NCBI GenBank assembly: GCA_002633005.1
Contig: NMRA01000001.1
Span: forward strand, 4,628,694 to 4,692,693
From: Phoronis australis
Lineage: Eukaryota; Animalia; Phoronida
Length of the DNA: 64,000 bases
Direction: 5' to 3'
Numbering within the stretch: the first letter of the stretch is position 1; the number at the start of each line of letters is the position of its first letter. The notes beneath the pieces are model-generated. The model was not told the origin of the DNA and ran no database searches. It saw only the letters and a program-made list of their open reading frames with translations. Below are positions 1 to 14,219 of the stretch, piece by piece. The position numbers were made by a program, and so were the translations under genes.

Positions 1-1150
1 GTTGTATTGTGAGTGAAACGGGTCGTTGAAGAGTGTAATCGTGAACGTCAGCGACACTTGTACGACATGACCGGTGGACAACATGAGGGCGATGGGCACT
101 TACTGCGGAAGCGTATACGTGGAACAAGACGTTATCATCAATGAGGAACCAAGTTGTTGAAAAAAACAACAACAACAACTGTACAATCCCAGTTTTATTG
201 AAAAGATTTATTGTAAACCATTGTTCGAATGTCACGCGACAACTATGACGAAAACAGATTCAACACTGAAACAACATGTCCCGCAGAGCAATGAGAGACG
301 GGGAGATGAGAGAAGGCGGTAATTTAGAAATTATGGCGATGGAACTTAAGCAATATAACTAAATCCTGTCGAGCTTAAAAAGTCAAGAAAAACGTTCACA
401 TTCCTCAACTGACCTGCCTCAGATTCTTGGGCGACAGACATAGTACACAATGTAAACTAACCGAGGCTTCAGGACAGAAAGTAAAACGTGCTACTAACCG
501 GAAGGGCGCGGGCTGACAGATTACCATTTGTGTGCGAAAGTGGTTGTAAATAAAAATTAATATTTTATTATTTCTTTCCCGGATGTGCGTCAGTTTAGTT
601 TTGAGTAATTAATTAGAAATAAGGTATTCCTTTCCACATCATTTTAGTCGAAAATCTTGAAATGACGAACTAAAACCAAGTCAGTTTAGCCCAATCTTAT
701 TTCCAAACGATGCTCCTTCATCGTGTCGCCAAAGTTAAGATGGGGTAGGATTCATTTCTGGCTTACTATTAGTGTAACGACAAAATGAAAACCACAGCTG
801 ACTGACACGGAAGTTCACTTTCTACTATCTCAAAAGCTGTTAACAAAAAAGCGCAAGCATGCATTCAGAGTTTTAATTACAACTTAATACGTTTTTGTGT
901 TAGCACTGGCTTCTTGTTGACGAGACCACTTGTAGACAACTGAATAAAACAACGGAAATCGTATCTGTAAATTAAAATCTACATTTGTCTGCGAGTTATT
1001 ATTTACCATGGCGCAGCTAGCACGATTGTATATTTTGAGTCCCATAATAACAAAAGAATTGTTTCGATGTGAGAAAATTACGATGATAACATTACAGTAT
1101 CGTGTTAGGAGTCAGGCAAGACACGGCGCTGACTCGAGTTGCTGCCGATC

Positions 1151-1215
1151 AGCCAATCAGCGTGCTCCGATCTTCCCATTCAATTTATATAGTAGTAGCC
1201 CTCAACATGTTTAGT
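1151..1215 (+). promoter_or_regulatory. Putative core promoter of the Six4/5 gene (CCAAT box, TATA-like box, Inr-like)
   Basis: AGCCAATCAG at 1151-1160, TATATAG at 1186-1192, TTAGT at 1211-1215 (about 27 nt after the TATA), ATG at 1248. Motif order and spacing only. Confidence 0.45.
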
Positions 1216-1247
1216 GGAGACCTGATCTTGTTACACTGAATACAAGC

Positions 1248-1930
1248 ATGGATTCGGACGTCAGCACATCGCCCGCTAGCCTCACGAATCCGACCCACGC
1301 GTCTAGTGAACCCGAGACGGTGGATTTAGGACCCGACAAATCACCAGCAGACGATGACATCTTGACGAATAAAAACTTAACCTTCTCGCCCGAACAAGTG
1401 GCATGTGTATGCGAAGCCCTTCAGCAGAGTGGCAACATCGACCGGCTGGCACGTTTCCTCTGGTCGCTACCTCCAAATGAACTGTTGAGGGGCAGTGAGG
1501 CGGTACTGAAGGCCCGGGCTACTGTGGCCTTCCACCGTGCCAACTACCGTGAACTGTACGCCATTCTGGAAAGTCACAACTTTGATGGAGCCAGCCACGC
1601 CATGTTGCAGCAAATGTGGTATAAGGCGCATTACATGGAGGCGCAAAAAATTCGAGGGCGCCCTCTTGGTGCAGTGGACAAGTACAGACTAAGACGAAAA
1701 TATCCCCTGCCTAAAACGATATGGGACGGGGAGGAAACTGTTTATTGTTTTAAAGAAAAATCTCGCCAAGCATTGAAAGACTCTTATAAGCAAAACAGAT
1801 ACCCAACACCGGACGAGAAACGTGGTCTCGCGAAGAAGACGGGTTTGACTTTGACGCAAGTATCTAACTGGTTCAAGAACAGACGACAGAGAGACCGCAC
1901 GCCCCAGCACCCAGCACACTGCAGGCCCGG
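1248..1930 (+). CDS. Six4/5: SIX homeobox transcription factor, Six4/5 subfamily, coding exon 1 (SIX domain + homeodomain)
   Basis: SIX domain [15 protein letters not shown]...[23 protein letters not shown] followed by a homeodomain with the Six4/5-diagnostic ETVY tetrapeptide and K50 ([13 protein letters not shown]). Donor GG|gtaagt at 1930/1931, phase 2. Confidence 0.97.
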
Positions 1931-4900
1931 GTAAGTAGGCCTGTCGTCATTGTACTACTGACATGTCGTGTTAAAAACAACCTAGATATTGTAATTCAAG
2001 CTAGTCTCATAAACCCGGTGGTGTTTGTTCGTCTTTCATTCTTTCAACTTGAGTGAAGTACAATAAACCGAAGCAAGTGTTACTCCACTGTATTGGGGAA
2101 CTATCTCTCATAAAAAGAACGTCCTATAACCATACTCATTGACAACAATGCGGAGGAAACCCAACCATTGTTATATAGCCCATACACCGTCTGTAGTTTT
2201 AACCCGTAACCTAAGCCCAAAAGTTAAAAATGTTTAGTAAACTCGGCGACAACAATGCTTTCTGTTTGCGTAGCTAGGCTTTCGAAGGAAATCGAAAAAA
2301 TAGAATGTTGACGTAGTGCAAAGAGTTAATGTTAATTCTTGGGAATGTTTGTCATTTGAGTAAGATTAAATTATAACGCTTGTCTTTATTAAGGCGTGTA
2401 TAAGAAGTCTACTTTAACACTGACACATCTAGGTGTGAACCAAGCCGAATACATAGCCTGATTCTCGTTTTTCAGAATTTTATGGGATTGCAGAGGTAAG
2501 GTTTTAGGCCAAGGAAGTTAAAACATGTCCAACTAATTGAAAAACCAAATTTTGAATATTAACGTTGCTCGACGTTTTTCAAATTAAGCTAAAAAAACTG
2601 CACAGAAGTATCATCTGCGCAAAAATGTGTCTTAACTGACATCAAGTGTCTATTATTTTTTAATTATGGTTAGTAAAACTGATTAAATGAATTTACTCGT
2701 GGCCTGGTACGCGTACAATTTACGCGTACAATTTACGTGTACAACTTTACTCCAGTTATCAGCACTTATACATAGCTCTCTACATGGGCTTGTATGTATT
2801 CGCACATAGGCTAGTGTGCACATTCAGGCATTACCATGGGCTTCATATTTCTTATTTAAAAATTGACATACTAACTTCACAGTGACAAAAGACTCTTAAT
2901 TTAAGAAAAAATCGTTTTGAAAAACTATAAAATTGCCAATATAAGCACGTTTGAAACAGTACAAAAACAGGATTTACGTGCAGACCTCTCCAGAAAAGTA
3001 ACTAATGCACAGAAAGTTAGTCGTCACCAAGGCGAAAGGTTTGATCTCCAACTAACACACGAGATATGTCTGCTAAAAACGTTCGATGTCGATTTGCATG
3101 GCACATTTCAAATCTAAGATTTCAAGTCAAAGCGCGTTCGAGTACAACAGTGAATTCAGTCAGAAGTTGCTAGCTAGGGTTGTATGTAGTTTTAAAAATG
3201 CGGACAGAGGTTACAGTCGAGATAATAATCGTGATATCCTGACCAGATTAGTTATGTAACCCGCTGTAACGTATCGTAATAGGACGATGACTTACCAGCA
3301 ATTTAGAAAACTACATGGGCGAACGAAGTTTATAAAGTTTCTTCATCCAATACTTACATGAAGTTGACTCGAATTTTTCGGTGTAGTTAAAATTAAGGGT
3401 CTTTTGGGTTCATTTTGGTCAAAAATTTCGATAATTTAAATACTATTTTGACGGTGTCAATCAAATTGTAACAACAGGATAAGTATCGTCATCTGAGAGA
3501 ATAGAAAGACAGCGAGCTAAAAATACGACGTAATAGTTATATTATCGTATTTCAGTTATCAGATAAATGTGTTGAATTATGTGCATCAGTTGTAACATTT
3601 GTTTACAAAATCGTTGTATCTACAGCTTACAAAACATTGCATTGATATTCACTTTATTTCCTTATTTATTTAATTTATTTAAAAAATCAGAGAATCTTTA
3701 TCATTTGGTCACATAGGGATCAAATGACTTGAAAAATTCCGTTACACAGACAACTAAACTTAAGATTTTTAGTAATGTGATCATGCAAGAATTTTTTATA
3801 CGAATGAGCATACGAAAAAGTGACAATATACCCGGAGAAATGGCACGCAAAAATATACGGAACCAACAAAAATCAACACAAAAAGTGACGATGGACTAGC
3901 CAAAATCAAGAAATGAATTTTACTTTTAATATGTCTGACCACACAGCTGTGTGTTGTGGGGCAGGTGCGAGATTCCAAATAAATATTACGTTTGTTTCCA
4001 ATCAATACGCAAAACAAAAAGGCGCGTTATCAACGCATGGTAATTGGGAGTAAACGAGAGGTTATTAACTGACTAACTAATGAATCAACGTTCTTGTTAT
4101 GGCCTTCGTGCCATCTGAGCCTACTTAGAATATTCAAGAATATGAAAGAAGTAACTGTCTTGAGCCCATCTCAAAATTTAATCTTGTCGAAACGCAATTC
4201 AGTTTTCTGGAAATTAACCGCTCCTATTAAAGTTAGTGCGGAAAATAATTATACAGAATTAATTAGCCACAGTATTCACATTCTTTAGGAATTCAATTTC
4301 ATAGATTTCATTAGGCTTCGTTAATACTGCAGACATTCTTGTCGTAATCTACATGACAAGCAGGGACTAATAAAAATTATTGTTACCCTTTGTTAAAACT
4401 TTACCATTTAGAAATTTGAAATTAAAGAGTATATTTAGTACTCGGTTAGAGATTACTTTAACAGGGTAATTCAAACTTAAGTTCGGACATCTCGAATTAG
4501 TGTTTTTGTACACTGTCTTTACCTTCAAAAGCATGCATAGAAAATATTTATCACCTTACTGTAAAATCTTGCTTCGCACTAGTTTGTTGACACATACAGT
4601 TCACAGCCCGGGCTAATCCGATTGTAGTGTTTCATTGTTCTTTTTTAATGCCAATTCAAATGAACACAATTACTGTTCAGTGTTTCCACCCACTGCGGTC
4701 TCGACACTGTCAAATACGGGCACAATAGGCCGGGTTAAGAGAGACAATTAAATACTGGTTAAACAAGGTGTATTGTCTCGGTCTGTGATAGGCTACGGTG
4801 ACAGTTTTGCGTCTGAAGCAAACTAGAACATTCGAAACACAGATCTTGAGTATCCGCATGTTTTTTCTCTTGCCGATATCAACGTGACTAATAAAAATTG

Positions 4901-6659
4901 ATGAATTTTTTACACAACTTTTAAGCAACACAAGGTTCTGCGTACTTCCACACAACATATTCTTAAGAATAATCATAAGCAAGAAATATAAATATTGTTG
5001 ACTGCATTTTTGTAGTTTTGATACGATTTTGTCCTTACTAGTTGCGCAATCTAAGTGAATGGTGTTAACGCGTTTCAAATGGTATGCTTTCTCTATTGTG
5101 TATTCCTGCAGTTTGTTGGACAATAATTAATCAAAAAGAAGTAAATAATTAAAACGGGGCACGTGCCAATAAATGCGTATCTACTTGCCTTGTGCAAGTT
5201 ATTTAAAACCGGTGTATTCTCATTCTTAAATGTCTTTAATACCAATAACATCTAGCCAGCTACCAAGCATGACAAACGTTTTAAAATATGAATCTTCACA
5301 TTGTCAGCAGGTTAGAACGTAGCCGGCCATTTTATAATCTAAATGTTAAGTAGATGTGAATATTCACTTCCTTAATCTCCTCGCTAAGTGACACGCATAT
5401 TTTATTTATAAGACCAACTCTCAAAGCATTTGTTTTCATTATAAATTGATACAAAACATACACACCTTTTTAGAAATGAATAAGTAAAGGCAAAAAAAAC
5501 AAAAACAAATTGGCAATTGATTAGGATTTAATGCTGGAATTTAAGACATCTTGTACGGGTTCATGGCCTTACAACCCTACACATTAGTTGGAAGAACTCA
5601 GGGCTCGTTGAAATGTCAATTCCATCTGCGGTTTGCCGACAATATTTACAGAGAGATTTATTTTAACTATTGCTACCGATTTTTAATCTCTTGCTCAAGG
5701 GCGTAGACAAGCAAAAATTCATCCATTTTTGTGGCTCGTTTCAAATATCATTTCATCTTACTGTCGACTCACGGCTGGGTTATCAAAGGAGAAGAGAAAT
5801 TCGGACCGCCAGTTTCACCTGAAAAATTTTTGATTGAGCTAATTATAACTTTTTAGAAATAGATTTTTCGGCAAACTGATTTCAAATCGTACGCCTGGAT
5901 GTAAAAAGTAAAATTTACTGAGATAAGTTAGAGATATACAAATAAATGCTTTGAGGTAGTGTTGAGAACCTCAAGGATATCATAGAATGTAAAATAAACA
6001 CTCGCTACACCTAAGACGAATATTTCGATAGCGTTTTCAGTACAACCTCCCTGGCTGTTGTGACAACAATTAAAACAATGCGCATGTACATCAACAACCC
6101 TTAGATCAAAACTGAGAACAAGTTCACGAATAAGTGCAATGTCGTAGGACTTGATAACATAGTTTTGATTCAATGAATTTTCCTCGGTAGTATGAAATAA
6201 ATGAGTCACTGGACAAAATGTTTCTGTTTCTTCTACATGTATATATCTAGCAACAGCCGTCAGTGCTCCCTCTACCCTCAAGTAGCAGGCAATTATTTTT
6301 ATCTCAATTATCGAAACAACGCTCCATTTTGTATAAAAAATGGTATGTTTGTTCCCCTAATCACGCCAAGAATGACAAGGCAAACAGAACTGCCCTCGGG
6401 CGAGCAAATTGAAGGGTAAAAGAATATATTGTATTGTACAATAGCCATTATTTCATTTTAAGCGATTAGACGCTAACAGGCCTTTATTGTTTACTGCACT
6501 ATTTAATAGATAGCTCTTGAGCTTTGACAAGGGATTCAGTGTTGACGATGGGCACGTGACTTGAAGATCGAGCAGGACAGACCTTCTGATAAACGGTCTA
6601 TCGGCATGCACGAACCGATACCGAAATGCAATGCATCAATTTTTTGTTAAGTTATGTAA

Positions 6660-6945
6660 GACCCTGGAAAAATGTTCAAATTTGGCAAACTTTGGAAAGT
6701 CATATCTGAGAAATGGCTGACGGGATTTATATGAAATTTTTATGTAGTATACTTTATTCACGGTTCTCCAACACCTTGTTAGGAATTGTTTTACAATTTT
6801 GCACTTTTGCACATGGGTTATCAAAAATAAAACGAATTTTATGAAAAAAATCGAAAGTTGTATAAATCGAAAATGAAATCATATTTTAGAAAACTAACAG
6901 TGTTTTTGATATTTCATCTTGAATATTTACATGGAACGAAATCTG
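6660..6945 (+). repeat. Dispersed repeat family A (other copies about 7591-7865 +, 43630-43730 + partial, 50120-50385 -)
   Basis: Shared text gaccct(g/a)gaaaaatgt(t/c)caaa(t/c)ttggc...ttagaaaact...tttt(ga)gatttcat...gaa(t/c)attt is recognisable in each copy by eye. Confidence 0.75.
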
Positions 6946-9900
6946 TCAGTGCTCCCTAAACGTCTGTTTCCGATAAATGTACACCTCTACAGGCTTTCTA
7001 ATTTCAGAAAATATGTACTTTCAATGATTTAAAATCTATAGCTTTGTAGATTTTTGGCTAAATGTATTGTGGAAAGTGATATTCATAGTCGTATCATAGA
7101 TGTTCTGATCATATCTGACGTCGCTTTCTGATTGTGTTGATAACGACTGAGTCTTACGTGTTGAAGACACTCGTCATCTCACGCTTTGTTAACTTCTTCG
7201 TCACAAGTCGCGCGTCTGGTTTTGCTATGTTGCTTAACAAGCCACCACGTTTAATTGGTCTATAATTAGTTAATAAGTGAATTCCTCAACAGATCTTTCA
7301 AACCACTTGATATAGCGTTTAGGCATAAGCAAGTACAGTACATTAATAAACGATAGTTATTTATCAATATAAATAGAAATCAAATTTTTAATAAGAATTA
7401 GTGATAAATATAACAAGTTGTATAATTACTTCTACAAGGAGGCAGTTCGATTAAATTTTTTGACTAACTTTGTTGGAAAATTTCGACGACGATATCATAA
7501 AGCGTAATGATTCAATTTTCTCGAAGCTTCCATAAACCTATGACTTAGACCGCTTGCTATTTCAAAACTGGTCTAATCTGTAAAAGGTAGGACCCTAGAA
7601 AAATGTCCAAACTTGGCTAACTTCAGAACATCATATTGGATTCTTGTGAAATTTCCAGATGCTGTGCTTTATTTCGCACTATTCTCCAAAACGCTGTTGG
7701 GAATTTTTTTAGTAATGTTGTATGAACGGCAGCTATAAAAAGGACTTGTGTTTTTCATAAAAAAACAAAAGCTGCATAAATTTAAAACGAAATGATAAAC
7801 TTAGAAAACTGTAACAGTTTTTGAGATTTCATAGCGAACATTTTTATCAAACGAAAATTAGACAGGTACTGCTGCCGTTGTATTGCTACGACTACATTCC
7901 ATTTTTGCTAGAAATGCGTGGTCACGTGACCAAATTACCAGCAGATTGGTTCAAAGTCAAAATTCAAAATTCTGCAAGCCAGGTATTTTCAGAAAACATA
8001 TACTTTCACGAGATAGTTTTGCATATACTTGGCTAAATACATACTTTTCGATAAGTTCCTATGTAACTTTAAAAGCACTAATCGGTTTAGGACCGAAAAG
8101 TGCATTGTGGGGTTATTGTTGGACGTGATAGACTTCTTGAAGTCTTTGCTCTGAGCTATAAAACATTTTTTAAAAATCGACAATTCTCGCCGTTGGTTAC
8201 CAATTATTCGCTGAAATCCAGGTCAGTGGTTTTATCAGTTAAAGCTGAATTTCGACCAGTGTTGGTGGCCAAAGAACGAAAATAGAATTAGGTCTTTTAC
8301 TGTCATGAAATGGGCCTAATACTATTCCTTACCTTGATAGGATATTGTTTTCGTTACCAACTCAAGTCACAGGCGATGTGTACCTGTGCTCTTTTCGAAT
8401 GAACAATTCTAGGGTTGGCCAAGCCCAATTAATTGTGCAACGTGTTCTTGAGGCGCTGATGGTTTTGATGTCCTTATTTGCGACGGAATAGAATCCTGTC
8501 GTGCTCAGGTCTGAGTATTACGAGACTGCTTTTACGAGAGTAAAAAGCCTAATGAAAGTTTCGTTTTAGTCAGCGAAACAGAGCAAAATGTAGCTTGAAA
8601 AAAGGAAAATTTAAGCCTTTTGCTCGTTTCTTTCTTTGATTTGTCTTTAAAACATTATAAAAAGTAACGAATCTGAAAATAGCTTTCTCATCGCCGATTG
8701 TGTATTAGCTACATGCCGGTGAGATAAAAATCCAATTTTTAAATCTGGCAAGTTCAAAATACCTACAAACCCGCATCGATAATGATACCTATGCTGGACC
8801 AGCATTACTGAAATTTGAAATACCTACTCTTTTTTCTTTTACTTTAATTTATGTATCGTGTATTATCCGTTAGATAAAATCTAGACCAGAATGGCCGCCA
8901 TTAAGAAACTACCAGGCGATTGATCACAGCGGGGTGACTTTGTTTTCATGCAAGCACTTTTAACTCTAAAACGGTCACTGCAAGTTCGGGATTTTTTCGT
9001 GTTAGTCTCTGCTTTGTGGTCAACGCCGGAAATGCAGACACCGAAATTCCGGAAACATTAGAAACATTTAAACGTTTCACTTTTGAAGCGGTGCTAGAAA
9101 TTAGCTAGATCTATTCTGGGAAAAATCTGGTTTCGAATTATACTAACTTGTGCGTTATTTGATAATGTTTTGTCACGTGACACCGTACAATAAGAATCGG
9201 CAAGACAAATAGTACTTAACACAGTTTTTAGTCGGATACTCTCCCTATTGACACTGGGCGATTGTACTATTGTTCTCAGACAGTCAAAGGTGGCTTAATC
9301 CTGTCGCTCAAACTTCGTTGTCAGTGTAAATGTCAAATATCGCTCGCGACGAACAGTTTTGCGTGAAACGTGGGAAATCGGCACCTCGTCATGACACGGC
9401 TCAAATTCAGGTGTCGAGATGCTAAAGTTTCAGCCTTGGGCGGTAATTACAGAGCGTTCAATAAAATTTGCATCTTCTTTATACTAAGTATTGTTCTCGC
9501 GAACGGCTTATGAAATTAGAAGCAGGGCTAGGTTTACACTGAGAACATTCCCATTTAGAACAATTTCGCGTACAGTAACATTTAGTCTTGTGCTTTAACT
9601 CGTAAAGCAAGTCCCGGGGTTGTAAAGGATATTTTATACGGCACGCTTGATAAAACTTGTTAATGTGCACAAAAACTATCCATATAGTGTGAGGAGCTTC
9701 CGGTTTGGTCAAACGTCTGAAATGAAATAGTCAACCTCACTTCCTGTTGTAAACCAGATATAGCAGGAAGCAGAGTTTTTGTCTTCTATCTCAGTTCTTT
9801 ATAGCTTTTCGAAGTTGATTTGTTGGTGAACCCGTGACATACTTGAGTTTTTTATGTTTTTGTCGTGCCACGATTTTAGCAAATTAGCAACATTGAGATG

Positions 9901-10062
9901 CTGCACTCGAGTTTCACTGCTCGCGTGTCAGCCTTAAGTGTCCAATTTGTCGAGAGGTGTCCGGTTTTCAATGGGCAGTCCTCAAATTTCGTCTCTGTGT
10001 TACTATTGCGGTATGCTAGATAAGGACAATTTATCTAATTTGGACATTATCTCATTTCGCAG

Positions 10063-10351
10063 GGACCTCCAGCTAAGTGAAGAGACGTTACGCCACGCCA
10101 CCAACTCTCTTCATCTGCCGCCTCATCATCACCACCATCCTGGTTTCGGGCACCATCCCCATCATATGGCTGACTTCAGGGACTTTGAATTGTCCACCAA
10201 AATGTTACATGACTCTCGGGGACTTTCCATGTCTTCAATCATTAAAAACGAGCCTCTTGGTGGCCATTACGGATTTCCAACCATGATGGACCATCACCAT
10301 CAGCACCAACACCACCATCACCACCTAGCGGCTGGCGTGACATCTGTCTGA
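10063..10351 (+). CDS. Six4/5: Six4/5 coding exon 2 (His-rich C-terminal tail)
   Basis: Acceptor ctcatttcgcag|G at 10062/10063 is phase-compatible with exon 1 (GG+G = Gly). Reads DLQLSEETLRH...HHHHLAAGVTSV to TGA 10349-10351. Total CDS 972 nt = 323 aa. An extra small exon in the 8.1-kb intron cannot be excluded. Confidence 0.85.
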
Positions 10352-10706
10352 CGTCAGGTTTCCGGATTCTTAGGGGGTTGAGAGATGAAATGAAGCCTGT
10401 AGACACAAAAACATACAGATTCAGATCGATGGAAAACGGTGTAGTTGATCATTGGCTGGAGGAAGTGCTGTCGCACTCGAAACTACATGTACATCGTTTG
10501 ATGTAGACACTGTAAAGGCTGTTAACCCCAAACAACGACAATTGCTGGACGCTCTTTTAAAAAATTTAAATAATTTGATAATATGGTTTTGTACATTGTT
10601 TCTCTATTTATTTATTGCATTTTATGTATTCCCACGCTTAATGTCAGACTACGCTACGACAGCACACGATGATAGGAACGCTGGCAGGCGGCAGTGCATT
10701 TTTATT

Positions 10707-10712
10707 AATAAA
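10707..10712 (+). promoter_or_regulatory. Candidate polyadenylation signal of Six4/5
   Basis: AATAAA about 355 nt after the stop, followed by T/GT-rich sequence (ccttgttcttttcgttg). Confidence 0.5.
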
Positions 10713-12036
10713 AGAAAACACCTTGTTCTTTTCGTTGAGACGTTGGTAATTAATTGACACTTACACATTTTATTCTAATATCAATTAGTTATTTTGTAAG
10801 GAGGATAATCATTTTAAAAAATTTATACGGTATGAGCGCCTAGGAAACTTTTTGAAGCCTGGGGTTGACGCTTCTTCAAAGATTTATTTATCGAGCGTTT
10901 TTTTCCAAAGCGATGGCTGTAGATGTCACGGGTACAATGATACTTCATTAACGCATGGGTCTAGTTTGTGACACAAAATCGCCCATGTTGGTGCATTTCC
11001 GATATTCTTTCTAAAAAGCTCTCCTGTCATTTTTATCCAGACTACTAATTACAACTGTGCCCCATGTCTGAACACAAATTGTAGGTAATGGCTCAGTCTC
11101 TTTCATTCACTTACCAACTGGAGACCGTCATATTGAGGTCATTTGTCACTGTTTCGTCGAGGGAGGGCGCCACCATTTTGCAGCAGTTAACTTCACAAGT
11201 CACGTATAATTCTCGACTGTTTATATATTTTGAGTTCCCGATAAGCAAGTGAGAATGGTGGCACAACCGTGTAACATTTTTTTGACTTTTAACGACCAAC
11301 TTTTCAGTTTAAAATAGCTTTTACAGTTTTGCGGAGCAGTCTCATTGTGTTCAACAGTCTACTTAAAGCGAGTTAAGTGACTGTTGGCATGTTTTTGCAG
11401 TACTTCGGAGTAGTATTAAGAACAGCTTGCCAGCACGCTGCGGCTGCCATAATTATGTACATTATATCACTGTAGCCAGGTACCTAAGCAGTTCAAGTCA
11501 GCGACGAAGGAGTGCAAAATTTTAGACAACGGGGTTGGGGCGAATGTGGTGGCGGCCGGGGAAGGCACATTTTGCCTGGCTCTATAATATCACAGTGCTT
11601 GAATTTTTGGCACTGCATATACGACTTTGATAACGCTGTTCCGAACCCGGTCAGTTGTGTGTTCGAAAATCGTGACGTCCATTGGAACGAGAGATCTGGG
11701 CATTAGTTCCACTCCGAATAATAATATCGCGTAAGACCTCGCAAAATTATGCAAATGAAAGATAAATATTTATCGAGTACACTAGAGACCTTATTATTGT
11801 AACCTAGCAAAATGGCGGCCATCGAACTGACTGGTCGGCGAGATTGAAAAATGTTTGAATTATGGGATAGAACATGCTGTTTCCGTTCCATAAGCGGAGA
11901 TTTTCTCGCCGAACGTGCGTGACTAATGTCTTCACTACAGAACGCTGCCGTCTATGATGCAAATTTTTATCAACTGAGTTTTAGAAAGGTGGGAGGAGAT
12001 TCTCGGTATAGATGAGGCGACATCAAATATATCAGC

Positions 12037-12333
12037 CTCCCGTTCAGTAACGCTAGGACCTCGCTAAAAAGCAAGACTTCGTGAGATTACGTGAGAAATT
12101 GCGGTGTATTCTTAATGAAATCGCGTAACTTTGGCTAGATTTCAGTAAGGTCCAAACGTAGGTCCTAGCGTTACTAAACGCACGCCTGGGTTGAGTTTCG
12201 CAGACACATCGAGAATTTCACGAGTAGAGCACGTGTGGGCGCGAGTGCTTCGCCTGTAATGCATGGCGATATCTCGCGAAGACTTGCGGGATCTTGCTTT
12301 TTCGCGAGTTTCTTGCGTTTACCGAAAGTAGGT
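12037..12333. mobile_element. Degenerate MITE-like element with imperfect terminal inverted repeats (TIRs)
   Basis: gtaacgctaggacctcgctaaaaagcaag versus cttgctttttcgcgagtttcttgcgtttac. A related end fragment lies at about 26275-26310. No clear TSD. Confidence 0.5.
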
Positions 12334-14219
12334 CAGGTTCACATTGTAGTCCCCTATTGAATGGATGTCGGATGGCGTACTGTTGAACCCAGCAAAATTT
12401 GTAAAGTGGATATTTAATAATATAACCACAAACATTATATTTGAACGGCTCTCTGATCTTCTAAGTCTAATCGTAGCCTGAAGAGATGACCCTTAAGAAT
12501 GCCCGTGGGCTTAACTCTGCAAACACTACTTTTTATAAGAGTCCTTATGCAGCTATCAAATTTCATCCATAGTTTTCCTTTGAAAAAGACTTAAAACACC
12601 TTTTCACAATTGCAATCGTCCGCCCGTTGAATAGTTTAATTTCACGCCAAGTCTCTGAAAATTACAATTTCAAATAACCGAAGTTCATGGTTTTCAGTTA
12701 CAACAGGTTCTATGCGCGTTTACATAAAAGCACGTTTGTAGATAAGGTGTAAAATATTACAAAATATATAATGTCCCAAAATTAAATTTCAAATGAGCAC
12801 AAACTCAGGTCCGAATGGTTAATATTGGTCATGTTTAAACACTAATTCATCTAAAAGGAGTATGGCACTGACAAAATAGAAATTCGAGATTGAACAAAAA
12901 TTGGTCACAAGTATTTTATCTCTTGTACATCAATCTTTATAAAATTATACGCGCAAATGTTTAGATATATAAATTCACTCAATATCTCGTATAGGCAATA
13001 AAAATGCCAACGACTATCCATATTTAGCTACACCACTACACGTATTTCGTAATATTTTATGAAGATCTACGGCTCTTGATTATCCATCTAAATAGTACTT
13101 GACTAGTAAGGCTGCCAAAATATTCAAAGGATATTTATTTTCCCAGAGTTGTTGATCAAAACTTATTGCTTGCGTATTTCAGTCAGGAAAAGTCTTGACC
13201 GCTGAAGGAAGACAAAAAAAGTTTTCGAAGCTTACAAAAATCATTCAGAACTTATTAAAAGAGATTGAAAAAATGAAATAACAACAAATCACGCGTCAAG
13301 TTCCAAAGAACAGTAATTTGGCATTAGGGGGCTCTCCAAAGCATTGGAAATTGGTAATACTAATTTTTCCTTGTAAGTTTTAAACTCAAAACTACATGTA
13401 ATGCTTGAGTGTTAACCAACAGGTTAAAATACATACAGGCTACCAGAATAACACGGCTCAAACACAAAACTTGTGCACACCGCACACGCAACGCAACCAC
13501 GATTCCGACTTCCATATACACGTCCGCGAACTCTTCGCTGCTCACCCACGTGTGTATTTGTCATCACAGGTCCGTGAACCGTGCGTTTTGGGTACGTACT
13601 AGGAGGTGCTTTGTGAGTGACGACTTTGTGAATGACTGAACAGAGTTTAGGTGCGCAAGCCGTTTTGTTTAAGGGTGTGAGTCGTGGTAATCGTGAATTT
13701 GGGTAAACTGACATACTTGCCAAAGAAATGGATAAGCACGACACCACACGAATTCATACAGAAGACGGAAAATGTCCAGTTACTTTAAAGACATTTAAAA
13801 TTTCAAGCACACAGTTTACCTTTCCAAATATACACACTTGTCGTGGATTACATTTTAACATTCAATTTACCACTATAGGTCTCGGTATACTGCACTGAAA
13901 AACGTACATCTTTGTTGCTGCAGACATATTAAAGTTATACCGAACGCTATACATTGACAGGTCAGTAAATGACAACTTCATAGATAAAACAAACGTATCG
14001 GATTATTGCCAACAATAACACCCATGCGCGCCATTCCAATCACAGTGTAACTACTCTGCCTTATTCTACGTGAGCATCGGAAAATTAGAAATCCCCGGCA
14101 AAACATTCAACACTCGCATTTCAAGCCTCGTTCCAGTCACAAGCGCAAAATTGAGTTCTACCCTCCGACACAGTGCCACCTATATTGAAAAGTGGTCCTT
14201 TGGAAACATGATGAACGCC

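Noticed and set aside
1-330. Possible upstream exon or uORFs of Six4/5 (e.g. MRAMGTYCGSVYVEQDVIINEEPSC)
   Set aside because: Short, with no recognisable homology and no demonstrable splice into the Six frame.
13195-13235. Possible hammerhead ribozyme (ctgaagga-agac...gtttt-cgaagc)
   Set aside because: Both core boxes deviate from CTGANGA and GAAA, and no stem I or III could be built; at best a decayed remnant.
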